Source: Laetmonice hystrix
Lineage: Eukaryota
Length of the DNA stretch: 64,000 nucleotides
Direction: 5' to 3'
NCBI GenBank assembly: GCA_965235115.1
Contig: OZ249436.1
Location: 29,018,001-29,082,000, forward strand
The translations under genes and the position numbers were made by a program. Below, one piece after another: positions 14,273-24,215 of this stretch. The notes below the pieces were generated by a model, which saw only the letters and a list, made by a program, of their open reading frames with translations, was not told the origin of the DNA and did not search any database. Position 1 is the stretch's first letter. Each line of letters opens with the position of its first letter.

Positions 14273-14967
14273 TTTGGTATGTGGTGCGGTGGTGTTGCAC
14301 CCCAACTGTCCAAAATTAAACACTCCGTGGTTGATAGTCTTCCATTCCTTTATTTCACACTCCAGTCCCGCTCCTACACGTCTGGTCAGTTCGGTGACCC
14401 GGGAGCAAGAGACCGCCAAAAACCTCCCAGCGACGCTCATTAAGCTGATTAGCATAGGGCCAACTGGGTTAATTTTCTTAAGCGGACAACCTTTTTCTGT
14501 TTACAAGATGGAATCTTTTAAGTTACACAATACAACCCTTCTATATAGAGTCTCACTAATAAATACCGTTTTATACTGAAAATATAGATAATAAAATATA
14601 TGTACTGACGCCAAGCTTATCTGTTGAAGCCCGCGCTCATCCGCTCATTAATTATGCAAAGCCAAAATGTTCTCCAAACTCTACTTCTAGGTTGAAATCT
14701 AATATGAGAGAAATGACATGATAATCCCTGCACATGTAATTAATATGTGAGGTAAATCGTCTTGTCTCTATTCTTAATTTAGAGAATATGAAATAGCTAT
14801 ATTTAAATTAACATATGACCGTTAGTGCATAACATTAACCCAACGCCAGCTACGTACAGGAGCAGTCCTCCGGAGTGCTGGGTAGGACAAACATGGCTGC
14901 CTCGGCCTTGTATGACGCTAATTAATTATTACCACATGTGGGCTACCTAAATGTGGGGGGTACCATA
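14273..14967 (-). repeat. 3' LTR
   Basis: No difference seen by eye from 21559-22253; core TGGTA...TACCA at 14275-14965; minus-strand AATAAA at 14349-14354. Confidence 0.97.
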
Positions 14968-14969
14968 TA

Positions 14970-14980
14970 TCCCCGCGGCC
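14970..14980 (-). other. Polypurine-tract-like site (short, imperfect)
   Basis: Minus strand GGCCGCGGGGA just upstream of the 3' LTR. Confidence 0.5.
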
Positions 14981-16317
14981 TGAAGAAGTTTGCTCCGTTC
15001 AAACCTTCAAAAACAATATTCGACCAGGTTTGGTCTAAGACGTTGGATGAAAGTATAACATCTTGGAACAAGATACCTAACCAAACTGAAAACATTTTCT
15101 ACAAGAGTAATTATACATGATGTATATATAGTAGTACATATCATAAGCTACGTTGTATTCCGGTTTGTCCTGGAAAAAGTTTTTACGAATATGGTGGTCT
15201 ACCTAAATAATATGGTCGTGCCTTTTTGCTCTCAAATGTTCATTAGTCCACATAATATTCGAGCTTGCCACGACATCTTAGAAAGTAACTCGTGAATTGT
15301 GGTACTGTCACACACAAAAGTTCATCGTAAAGAGATATGTCCGTCGGTGTCCTGAAGAGTTCGACTAAAACACTTGCGCCTGGCAACGCCTCACACATAT
15401 GAAACTGCCGACTTGTCCAAGGTAACCTAGATGTTACCGTCGTTGTCCTTTGTCACACGTGTACATGTGCAGTAGTAGGGTTACAGCTAGATAAAGCTAA
15501 ACAACATAAAAGAAACCTAGAGCTAACTCTGGCAAGCGCTGTAGCTATCAGATATAAATGTCATCGTGAGGATGTGTCCGTAACTGTCATCTGATCAGCT
15601 GTAAATGTTCATATATGTAGTAAAGTATATAGCATGCTTTAAGTATATATGTCATGCGTGAGTGCCACAAGTCTATATTGCAAGACACTCTATACTCCCA
15701 CACAGCAAAAGAAAACAAACGTCAATCAACTGGGCCACAAAACCTTGGTATTCATTACCATAAGAAAACCAGCACTATGATTATGTGCACAAACGCAGTA
15801 AACCTTATGAAACCTTTACCTATAACTGTATACATGTAACCTGTAAGTATGTGAGTAGTGAGAATGTCTCATTGAACAGTCTGTATGAGACTGATTTGTA
15901 CATGTTAACACTGAATCATGGCTGCCTGTGTAATGGAGACCATTCACCTTTAGTATAATGGCAAGGTGGCTAACTTAACAGCACGTCCAACAGATAGTAA
16001 CCAACGCACATATTGCTAGGATCAAAGCTAACCCGAATAGTAAGTGAACATAATGTTAAATGGAGGCTGGATTGCAGTGCGCGCGGACTAGGCCAGCTAA
16101 TCCCTGCCCCGTACCAATAAATGACTGCATGATAATGAGATCAGACTCAACTTGATACATACAACATGATACCATGACACCTTGTCGAAACGGCTGTGCC
16201 ATATATAATTTGCTTATAGAGCCAACATAGATTAGTGAGAGACATGCAAACGAGTTCTGCTTGTATTCTGCCAGTCACGGTGATTGGGCTTTAGATACGG
16301 TATGTGAGGGTAATATA

Positions 16318-19300
16318 TTAAGTACGTGGCTTGGTGAAAAATGACGGGTTTCGTGTGTGTTTCTTGGAGGTACCCTTCATTGTCTTCGTTTTATGGAAGT
16401 GTTCGCGTATATGGTCTGGAATATCCTCCTTCCATACCCAAGGTTTATATTTCTGACCTTGAATCGAGACTTTATAATATAGTCTGTGATTTTGTCTCAC
16501 TGCTTTCTCAATTCCTGTGATTTTTCTTGGAGGTTTTGCAGTGTGTCCATCATCGCTTACATCGTGGCTGAGATGGTCGGTGCTTGTTGACGGCTCTGCC
16601 TCTCCGTCCGCATCCTCGGTGGGGGGTGCTGTCTCGCTATCATGTCCAGCTGGGTCATCAGGCGGTGGCGGAAAGTTGTCAGGTTGCAGGTCGCCTGTAT
16701 CAGCCTCCGTATCGCCCCCCTGTTGGGACGGCTGAGAGTCGGGCGTGGTGTCATCATCGCTGTCATCACTTGTGGTTTTGGGGTCCTCATCGTCATGCTG
16801 TCTCTCCACGAAAGCAGACATGCGGTTTGCATGGATGAGGCGGGTCAGGACCTTACCTGTCCCATCTTCTAATCTATATGTATTGTGGGGACCCACATCA
16901 ATAACCTTGAAAGGGCCCTTGTAAGGTGGGAATAACTTCGGCACCAACCCCACGGGAACGGCAGGGTTTGACATGAGAATTTTGTCTCCAACGTGGAATT
17001 GTTTATCTCTGGCCTTTTTATCATAGGATGTTTTGTAACGCTCCTGGTTTTTGTTGACGTTTTGTTCAGCAATTTCCTTGAACACTTTAAGGTTTGTTAT
17101 GAGATTGTTGAGATGTTGTTGGACCCCCTCCGGTAATGACTTTTTCGGAAGTAGGTCAACATCTGATGGTGTGACCATGGTGCGGCCAAATACGAGTTGA
17201 TAAGGAGATAATCCTGTGGAGCGAGTAGCTGGTGTAGAGCGGTATGCCATCATGATACCTGGTAATTTGATGGGCCAGTCATTTTGGTCCTTGTCACAGT
17301 AGGCTTTAACGCTCTGGATGATAAAGCTGTTCATACGCTCGCATGTAGCATTCGTCTGAGGGTGGTATGGAGATGTGAACTTCTGCTTTGCTCCACCAAG
17401 CGCACACACTGCACGGACGAGCTTTGAAGTGAACTGTCGCCCTAAGTCTGAGACTATTTCTTTGGGTGTCCCATACCTTGTGAAGATCTCCCTGTACAGG
17501 ATTTCAGCGACTGTCTTGGCGTCTTGTGATTTAGTTGGTATGGCTTCACACCATCTTGAAAAGCTGTCCACTATTAGCAATATGTACTTGTATCCCTCAG
17601 GTGTTTCCTTCATACATAGAAAATCCATATGCCATCTCTCAAACACTGGAACTATTGGCATGGGCGTCAAGAAAGCTGGTTTCCTGTTCTGATGTTTTAC
17701 CTTTTGACACGTCTCACAGCTCTTCACGTACTCTTCCACTGTCTTGTACAACCCCGGCCAGTGAGCCCTGAGTGATATGGCTGCAAAGGTCCGGTCGATG
17801 CCCTGGTGGCCGCCCCCCATTAGGTTATCATGGTGACTTGCAATGAGGGCGCGCTGCTGGCATTTAGGCATTAGAAGTTGTTTAATCATCAGGGCGGGCC
17901 TTCTCCTGTTACCGGGAAATGTGATATGGTGTAACAGGCCATCCTCATCGATGATGTACTGGTCTTGCGTGCGACAGATGATGTTGGCTAGTCTGTTGTC
18001 TTTGGGTAAGATGTTGTCGTGATGGAAGTCGTAGAATGGTTTTATGAGTGGACATTGCTTTTGTAGTTGTACCATATCCGGGGGGTCGATACAGGAAATT
18101 TCAACTGTGCTATGACTGTCCGTGTCTGTCTGCTGGGATGGTGCTGTCTGTGACGCCTCACTGAATGGTATTCTCGATAGAGAATCTGCATTGGAGTTTG
18201 ACTTCCCGGATTTGTACACAGTTTCGAAGTTGTAGTTCTGAAGGAATAGGGCCCACCTTCCAAGTCTACCACTATCTGGACGAAAGCTGGCCGCATACTT
18301 TAATGGTTTATGATCTGTGTATACAGTGAATGGCTTGTCTGCGAGGTAGGGGTGGTATGCCTGAATACCTTCCTTGATGGCAAGGTACTCTAGCTCTGAT
18401 ACTGTGTATCTCGTCTCTGGACCACGTAGAGCGCGTCCACCATATGCAATAACATGTTCATGGCCCGATTCGTCCTTCTGCCCTAATATATACGCCAAAC
18501 CGGAGGTTGAAGCGTCCGTCGTGAGATAGAAACGTTTGGACATATCAGGATACCGTAGAATGGGGTCGTGTACAAGCCTTTCCTTTAAATAGATGAATGC
18601 CTCCTGGCATTGGGTACACCACACGAAAGAAACTCCTTTCCGAAGTAGCTTGAACAGAGGTGCTGCGATTTTGCTGTAATCCTGGACGAATCGCTTGTAA
18701 TAATTCGTTAATCCGAGAAAAGCACGGACCTGCTTCTCATCCCTCGGAACAGGAAAATTGTCTATTATGGCCGTCTTCTCCGGGTTAGGACGGACACCGT
18801 CTGCTGACAGTATGTGTCCAAGGTATTTCACTTCCTTGGCAGCGAACCGGCATTTTGATGGCTTTAACTTTAATCCTGCCTTTGAAATGGACTTGAAAAT
18901 TTTCTTGAGATGGACCAAATGTTCCTGCATATTTCTGGAGTATATAACTATGTCATCGACGTAAATTACACAAAATTGAAATAAATGTTCACGGAGTATT
19001 TCATGCATAGCACGTGTGAATGTCACTGGGCTATTAGTAAGGCCAAACGGTAGAACTTTCCATTGGAACTGGCCGTTTTGTGTCACGAATGCCGTTTTAT
19101 GTACTGACTCGGGGTCCATCTTTAATTGTGTGAATCCATTTGAAAAATCAAGGACACTAAATATTGAGGCCTTCTTTTCACCGATGGCATCCCACACATC
19201 CTCCAGTCGAGGAAGTGGGAACGACTGTGGGCGGGTTACTGCATTGAGTTTCCTGTAGTCACAGCACATTCTCCAGGAACCGTCTGGTTTCTTGACTAGC

Positions 19301-20409
19301 ACCACTGGAGCACGCCATTCCGACGTCGATGGTTCAATCAAGCCGAGCTCCAAATTCTCCTGTACCTGGCGATCAATTTCGGCCCTTTTCTCCGGTGATG
19401 CCCTGTAAAATCGCTGTGATACCGCCTTTGCGCCTTGAGTGTCTATGGTGTGTGTGACTATAGATGAGAAACCCAACTCTGATTTATCTTTGGCAAAAAC
19501 ATGACGATTTTCCTTTAAAAACTTCGTAAGTGCCAACCTGTCAGGTTCATCAATATTGTCATTATCGATCTCAACATCAATATCACCAACTGGCTCCATG
19601 GAACATACATCTTCTACCTCTGGTTCCCACATACTTGCAATGTCAGACCCGGAAATAATCTGAGCATGAGCTAAAGTGAAGTGTGATGGCAAAGTTATAG
19701 TGGTGTCAGTCGAGTTAATAACGCGACAGCATGTTCTGGAACCACATACATACACTAAGGTAGGTGTCACGATCACACCGCTGAGTTCACTCTGCCTTGT
19801 TGGTTTTAACAACAACTCTGCATTACAGTACTCTTTGGAACATTTGACAGGAAGTATCATCTCACTCCTGGCTGGAATCAGCGTTGAACACAATGTCCGG
19901 GCTAGGGATGACCTCGCCGCTGGGGTTGTTAGCTGGATATTTCCACCCTTAAGTTTGAGTTGGTTTACACCAAAGTCTACCACGGCTGACTGAGACTGTA
20001 GAAAATCAACGCCAAGTATGACACTATGGTGACCCTTAATGACATGAAACGCGTGTGTTACTCTGACAGAGTTTATCCAGAATTCTACCTCCAGTTTGTC
20101 TGTGACCTGGTGCACTTCACCACCAACACCCCTAACCATGTCAAAATCTGGTTTTAGAACTCTACACATTGGTCGCACCTTGTTGGCTAACTCGCTGGAC
20201 AATACACTAATATTAGCACCTGAATCAATGAGTGCCCATACACGGGTGTTACCTATACGGATTTGTAGCTGGTTGTTATACACTCTAGTATCTGTCACCA
20301 TTACTTCTGCGATGGACATCTTAGACAGTTGAGTGCTACCTGAACTAACATGAACCTGCTCAACCTCACCACAGTGCCTGTCCAGATCTCTCCGGGCAGG
20401 CTCACACCC
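16318..20409 (-). CDS. pol: Pol polyprotein: aspartic protease, reverse transcriptase, RNase H, integrase (HHCC, DDE, GPY/F), chromo-like tail
   Basis: ALIDSGA (PR), LPFGLTNSP and YVDD (RT), LTTDAS (RH), H..H..CETC, WHMDF/VSDLG/CERMN (IN), YKGPF; frame is open from the gag stop at 20410, first ATG at 20319. Confidence 0.97.
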   Translation of the reverse strand, partial: GCEPARRDLDRHCGEVEQVHVSSGSTQLSKMSIAEVMVTDTRVYNNQLQIRIGNTRVWALIDSGANISVLSSELANKVRPMCRVLKPDFDMVRGVGGEVHQVTDKLEVEFWINSVRVTHAFHVIKGHHSVILGVDFLQSQSAVVDFGVNQLKLKGGNIQLTTPAARSSLARTLCSTLIPARSEMILPVKCSKEYCNAELLLKPTRQSELSGVIVTPTLVYVCGSRTCCRVINSTDTTITLPSHFTLAHAQIISGSDIASMWEPEVEDVCSMEPVGDIDVEIDNDNIDEPDRLALTKFLKENRHVFAKDKSELGFSSIVTHTIDTQGAKAVSQRFYRASPEKRAEIDRQVQENLELGLIEPSTSEWRAPVVLVKKPDGSWRMCCDYRKLNAVTRPQSFPLPRLEDVWDAIGEKKASIFSVLDFSNGFTQLKMDPESVHKTAFVTQNGQFQWKVLPFGLTNSPVTFTRAMHEILREHLFQFCVIYVDDIVIYSRNMQEHLVHLKKIFKSISKAGLKLKPSKCRFAAKEVKYLGHILSADGVRPNPEKTAIIDNFPVPRDEKQVRAFLGLTNYYKRFVQDYSKIAAPLFKLLRKGVSFVWCTQCQEAFIYLKERLVHDPILRYPDMSKRFYLTTDASTSGLAYILGQKDESGHEHVIAYGGRALRGPETRYTVSELEYLAIKEGIQAYHPYLADKPFTVYTDHKPLKYAASFRPDSGRLGRWALFLQNYNFETVYKSGKSNSNADSLSRIPFSEASQTAPSQQTDTDSHSTVEISCIDPPDMVQLQKQCPLIKPFYDFHHDNILPKDNRLANIICRTQDQYIIDEDGLLHHITFPGNRRRPALMIKQLLMPKCQQRALIASHHDNLMGGGHQGIDRTFAAISLRAHWPGLYKTVEEYVKSCETCQKVKHQNRKPAFLTPMPIVPVFERWHMDFLCMKETPEGYKYILLIVDSFSRWCEAIPTKSQDAKTVAEILYREIFTRYGTPKEIVSDLGRQFTSKLVRAVCALGGAKQKFTSPYHPQTNATCERMNSFIIQSVKAYCDKDQNDWPIKLPGIMMAYRSTPATRSTGLSPYQLVFGRTMVTPSDVDLLPKKSLPEGVQQHLNNLITNLKVFKEIAEQNVNKNQERYKTSYDKKARDKQFHVGDKILMSNPAVPVGLVPKLFPPYKGPFKVIDVGPHNTYRLEDGTGKVLTRLIHANRMSAFVERQHDDEDPKTTSDDSDDDTTPDSQPSQQGGDTEADTGDLQPDNFPPPPDDPAGHDSETAPPTEDADGEAEPSTSTDHLSHDVSDDGHTAKPPRKITGIEKAVRQNHRLYYKVSIQGQKYKPWVWKEDIPDHIREHFHKTKTMKGTSKKHTRNPSFFTKPRT

Positions 20410-21489
20410 CTAAAAATTACTTGGACGTTGCTGCACCTGTGAAAGGCGGGGCTGATCCGCCAACCTCTTTAAACAAACATTTGCCCAGTGATTGCGTTTG
20501 CTGCAGTAGGAGCATAGAGCACCGTATGCCTTGCAATTGAACCTATTGTGGCACTCACCTCCTCCGCAGCCTCGGCATGGGCTGGTGGCCTGATGATGCT
20601 GTCCCTGTCCGGTGGCTGGGCGCTGATGATACGGTTGGCGCGGACCCCCTGCACGCCACACACCAGGCCTGCTGACCGCGTGGTTGAAACTTGATGCCCC
20701 ACGTGGCTGGTTCCGTTGGAAGGGGGGGTTGATGGGGGGTGGACGCGGGGAAGGCGGGACCTGATTTCCCGCGCTGGCCGCCATGACGCGTCCCTCCAGG
20801 CTGGCGATGGTTGCGTTTTGCATCTGGAGCATGTCGATTAACTGTTGATATTGGGAAGCCTCGATAGAATGTGTGGTGGCAGCTTGAATCTCTCCACGCC
20901 CCACTGGCGTGTCGAGGAGATCTTGGATGGAGGTGGCATTGTTTGGCAGCATGGCCCGGACTGCAGGCTGAACATTGTTGAGAACAATGGCCACGAGAGT
21001 GTCCTCCGATAGTCCGATATGTTTCCCCTCTCGCCGGATCTCTCTGATGTACGTCTTGAGGTCCTCCCGTGCCGTCTGTTTCCTTGATCGGAGAGCGTTC
21101 TCCGCCTCCCATTTTCGAGCGGCCTTAGGTCGGTATTCCTCCAGGAGGGCGGCCCTTAGTAATCCATAATTGTTCTTTGTCCCTCGGGGTAGGTGGACGA
21201 ACCAGTCCGCGGCCACTGCTGAGTCAAGATACATGGGCAGCATGTCCGCTAACTTGGCCTGGTCAGTCCATCCACGTGCCCGGGCGTGGATGTCGAATTG
21301 AGCCAGCCAGGTTGTGACATTGGTCGACTCCGTAAAAGCCGGCATCCTATCTGGTGTCTCCATGGATTTCATCCTCTCGTTGAGTGTATTAATAGATGCC
21401 TCCATGGCTGATCTTGACTGTTGCTGCTTGCCTCCCGAGGACCGTAGATTATGAGCGGGACCGAGGGTATAGTCTACACCCTGGCTCAT
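20410..21489 (-). CDS. gag: Gag-like protein (359 aa from the first ATG after the PBS)
   Basis: Capsid-like core (WLAQFDIHARARGW..., RKQTAREDLKTY) and C-terminal CSYCSKRNHWANVC CCHC knuckle preceded by a second Cys/His motif; start chosen downstream of the LTR and PBS. Confidence 0.9.
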   Translation of the reverse strand: MSQGVDYTLGPAHNLRSSGGKQQQSRSAMEASINTLNERMKSMETPDRMPAFTESTNVTTWLAQFDIHARARGWTDQAKLADMLPMYLDSAVAADWFVHLPRGTKNNYGLLRAALLEEYRPKAARKWEAENALRSRKQTAREDLKTYIREIRREGKHIGLSEDTLVAIVLNNVQPAVRAMLPNNATSIQDLLDTPVGRGEIQAATTHSIEASQYQQLIDMLQMQNATIASLEGRVMAASAGNQVPPSPRPPPINPPFQRNQPRGASSFNHAVSRPGVWRAGGPRQPYHQRPATGQGQHHQATSPCRGCGGGECHNRFNCKAYGALCSYCSKRNHWANVCLKRLADQPRLSQVQQRPSNF

Positions 21490-21538
21490 GAAGTGTGAGA
21501 TGGATGTGCACGATGCCAGAGGTACCAAACTTTGAAGA

Positions 21539-21556
21539 TCATGGGTTCTCTCACCA
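21539..21556 (-). other. Primer-binding site (primer not identified)
   Basis: Minus strand TGGTGAGAGAACCCATGA begins 2 nt after the 5' LTR; TGG start is complementary to tRNA CCA. Confidence 0.7.
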
Positions 21557-21558
21557 TT

Positions 21559-22253
21559 TTTGGTATGTGGTGCGGTGGTGTTGCACCCCAACTGTCCAAA
21601 ATTAAACACTCCGTGGTTGATAGTCTTCCATTCCTTTATTTCACACTCCAGTCCCGCTCCTACACGTCTGGTCAGTTCGGTGACCCGGGAGCAAGAGACC
21701 GCCAAAAACCTCCCAGCGACGCTCATTAAGCTGATTAGCATAGGGCCAACTGGGTTAATTTTCTTAAGCGGACAACCTTTTTCTGTTTACAAGATGGAAT
21801 CTTTTAAGTTACACAATACAACCCTTCTATATAGAGTCTCACTAATAAATACCGTTTTATACTGAAAATATAGATAATAAAATATATGTACTGACGCCAA
21901 GCTTATCTGTTGAAGCCCGCGCTCATCCGCTCATTAATTATGCAAAGCCAAAATGTTCTCCAAACTCTACTTCTAGGTTGAAATCTAATATGAGAGAAAT
22001 GACATGATAATCCCTGCACATGTAATTAATATGTGAGGTAAATCGTCTTGTCTCTATTCTTAATTTAGAGAATATGAAATAGCTATATTTAAATTAACAT
22101 ATGACCGTTAGTGCATAACATTAACCCAACGCCAGCTACGTACAGGAGCAGTCCTCCGGAGTGCTGGGTAGGACAAACATGGCTGCCTCGGCCTTGTATG
22201 ACGCTAATTAATTATTACCACATGTGGGCTACCTAAATGTGGGGGGTACCATA
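21559..22253 (-). repeat. 5' LTR
   Basis: Direct repeat of 14273-14967; minus-strand TATA-like TATATAGAAG at 21824-21833. Confidence 0.97.
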
Positions 22254-23941
22254 CCTGCATTGGTGAGTACCACGGGACATCTGAAAATATATTTTCAAAA
22301 AAGTGGATCTTCTACTTTGGAGTCTGGTTGCAGTTTTCACTGGCTACAATGTTCATAGCATTAGACGCTGGAAAGAAACTTCATGTAAGAATATCAAGGA
22401 TGAAATGTAAACGTTGAGTGTGAAGTTTTGTTGCAACATCTGTTATAAAATCTGATTTTGATCCCTCATAGCGTGATACATGCTACCCTCATGGCATGAT
22501 ACATACATCTACAGATCTACAAGAGGTTTCTCAGCAGTCCGGTTGTGAACGCAGATTTTGAAAAGGACTGTTTTATTTTAGCATAAAGCTGTTGTAAAAT
22601 GTTTATCGTCATAGGCCCCTAGAACTGTTATGTTCCTGAGTATTCTTAAACGCAAAGCCTTAATATTGGTGACAGTTAATTCTTTAAAGAGTGGCTTCTA
22701 ACTGGTGTCGGTTGATGGAAAGACTTTAAATGTCAGTCCGTCTGCAAAGTAGATGTTCTTGGCTGAGATAGACAGAGTTGCTGATTTAGAGCCGTTTCTA
22801 ACTTCAAGCAAGTGATATGCCACCACCGCAACTAGCCTAATTTGTTGTGTACAACCATAAGGTTTGCGACCAAGGCATACATGTGTATAATATTATGTTT
22901 GACATTCGAGGAAAAGATATGTGAATATTTTAATAGTTATTCTAAGTTGGATTGATTTCGTACAGGTCTACATGTCTCAAGCTGTGTGTACAACAATTGC
23001 TTGCGAGTTTGTCGAGGTTACTGTTACGGTAACTTACCCATCTTCGTCATTTAAATCGTTTATTTATACCAGTTTAATTAAGCCTAATTTGGCGGTACTC
23101 CCTTTACTGGTACTTCGTGATTAGAGTCATCTTCTGCGAATCCTAGATTGTAGAAAAACAATGCTGTGACCAACAAAAAAGTAGTGTAGTAAGATTCATT
23201 GGGTAGGAATAGGGGTGTTGTGATCTGGCTGCCCCATACTAGTTTGTATTCACAACATTCGTTAATGGTCTAAAATCTTAGTACACTGCAAAATGAATGG
23301 CATGAATTATTAGTCTCATTCCAAAGCAGCAATCATGCTTTTTTTTAAAGTACTGTTATTCATAGAATTGGAATCCTGCCAGGAGTATCTCAAGCTTAAC
23401 GAGCAGAGTTTGCCATTGCATTTTCTAATAGCTTTTTCTATCCTAATAAAATGTGTACAGGAGGCGAAGGGCCAATAAAAACAAATAATTAACTCGACCC
23501 AAAAATGTAAACGTGTTCTCAGCTCAACCAGTTGTCTTTACAACAGTAAAATAATATCTTTTGTAAATTAGGTATGAATTTAAATACCGAATTAACTTAG
23601 TTGTTCTTTCAAAAAAAAATTGTAATTGCAATAGATCTATCAATCGCATAATTTGGTATCTCTGTTTGTAGATTGTTACCGTATGTAACTGAAAAACGTA
23701 TAAGCCATTAATTCCCATCGTCATGACATGTGGTCTCAGATGTAGATGACCTCATTGACCAGAAAATAATGGGTAAAATATATTGATCAACAAAAGACAG
23801 TTTATATGCAAATGCTGCATGAGGAAAAGGCAGTTCATGGTTTAAATGACAAGGGATTCTTCCAATGTATTAATCTTATAATTAATAGTATGTTTTGGAG
23901 TCAGTCATATGTCCAGGCCTCGGAAAAATCTTACCAAAGAA

Positions 23942-24215
23942 TGGTAGCCCACTGGACAAGCAGACATTATACTCTGCTATCGCCTGAGGGGAGGCGTCTG
24001 GGTTTCGAATTTTTTGAGGACGATATGCTAATTTTATTTACAGCTTATTTTACCCTCACCAGTTCCCTTAAAAGGAACCCGAAGGTCGGTGGTTTCCTCC
24101 GGGTCCTCCGGTTTCCTCCACCAAGAAAAACTGACTTTCATCATCATCATCTTCACCGCCGTGATATGACCCTGGCTGTTGCAAGACGTAAAACCCCAAA
24201 TACCGTACCCACCTA
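23942..24215 (+). mobile_element. tRNA-derived SINE with V-domain-like core
   Basis: Degenerate A box (TAGCCCACTGG) and B box (GGTTTCGAA); core GGTTTCCTCCGGGTCCTCCGGTTTCCTCCA resembles the V-SINE motif; short repeat tail. Confidence 0.65.

Larger units (their letters stand above)
14273..22253 (-). mobile_element. Full-length Ty3/Gypsy LTR retrotransposon
   Basis: Two 695-bp direct repeats, CCTG TSD (14269-14272, 22254-22257), PBS-like and PPT-like sites, gag with zinc knuckles, pol in PR-RT-RH-IN order. Confidence 0.98.

Noticed and set aside
14118..14579. 153-aa plus ORF and its partial twin at 21560-21865
   Set aside because: Chimera of flank and antisense LTR; duplicated only because the LTR is
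14705..14712. 8-nt complement of the PBS within the LTR, suggesting Tf1-like self-priming
   Set aside because: Lies in U3 upstream of the TATA-like box, not at the predicted transcript start
20410..20420. AAUUUUU as a -1 frameshift site
   Set aside because: pol is in the same frame as gag and there is no properly phased X XXY YYZ heptamer
21490..21741. N-terminal 84 aa of the listed 443-aa gag ORF
   Set aside because: Starts at a non-ATG codon inside the 5' LTR and crosses the PBS; gag more plausibly starts at 21489
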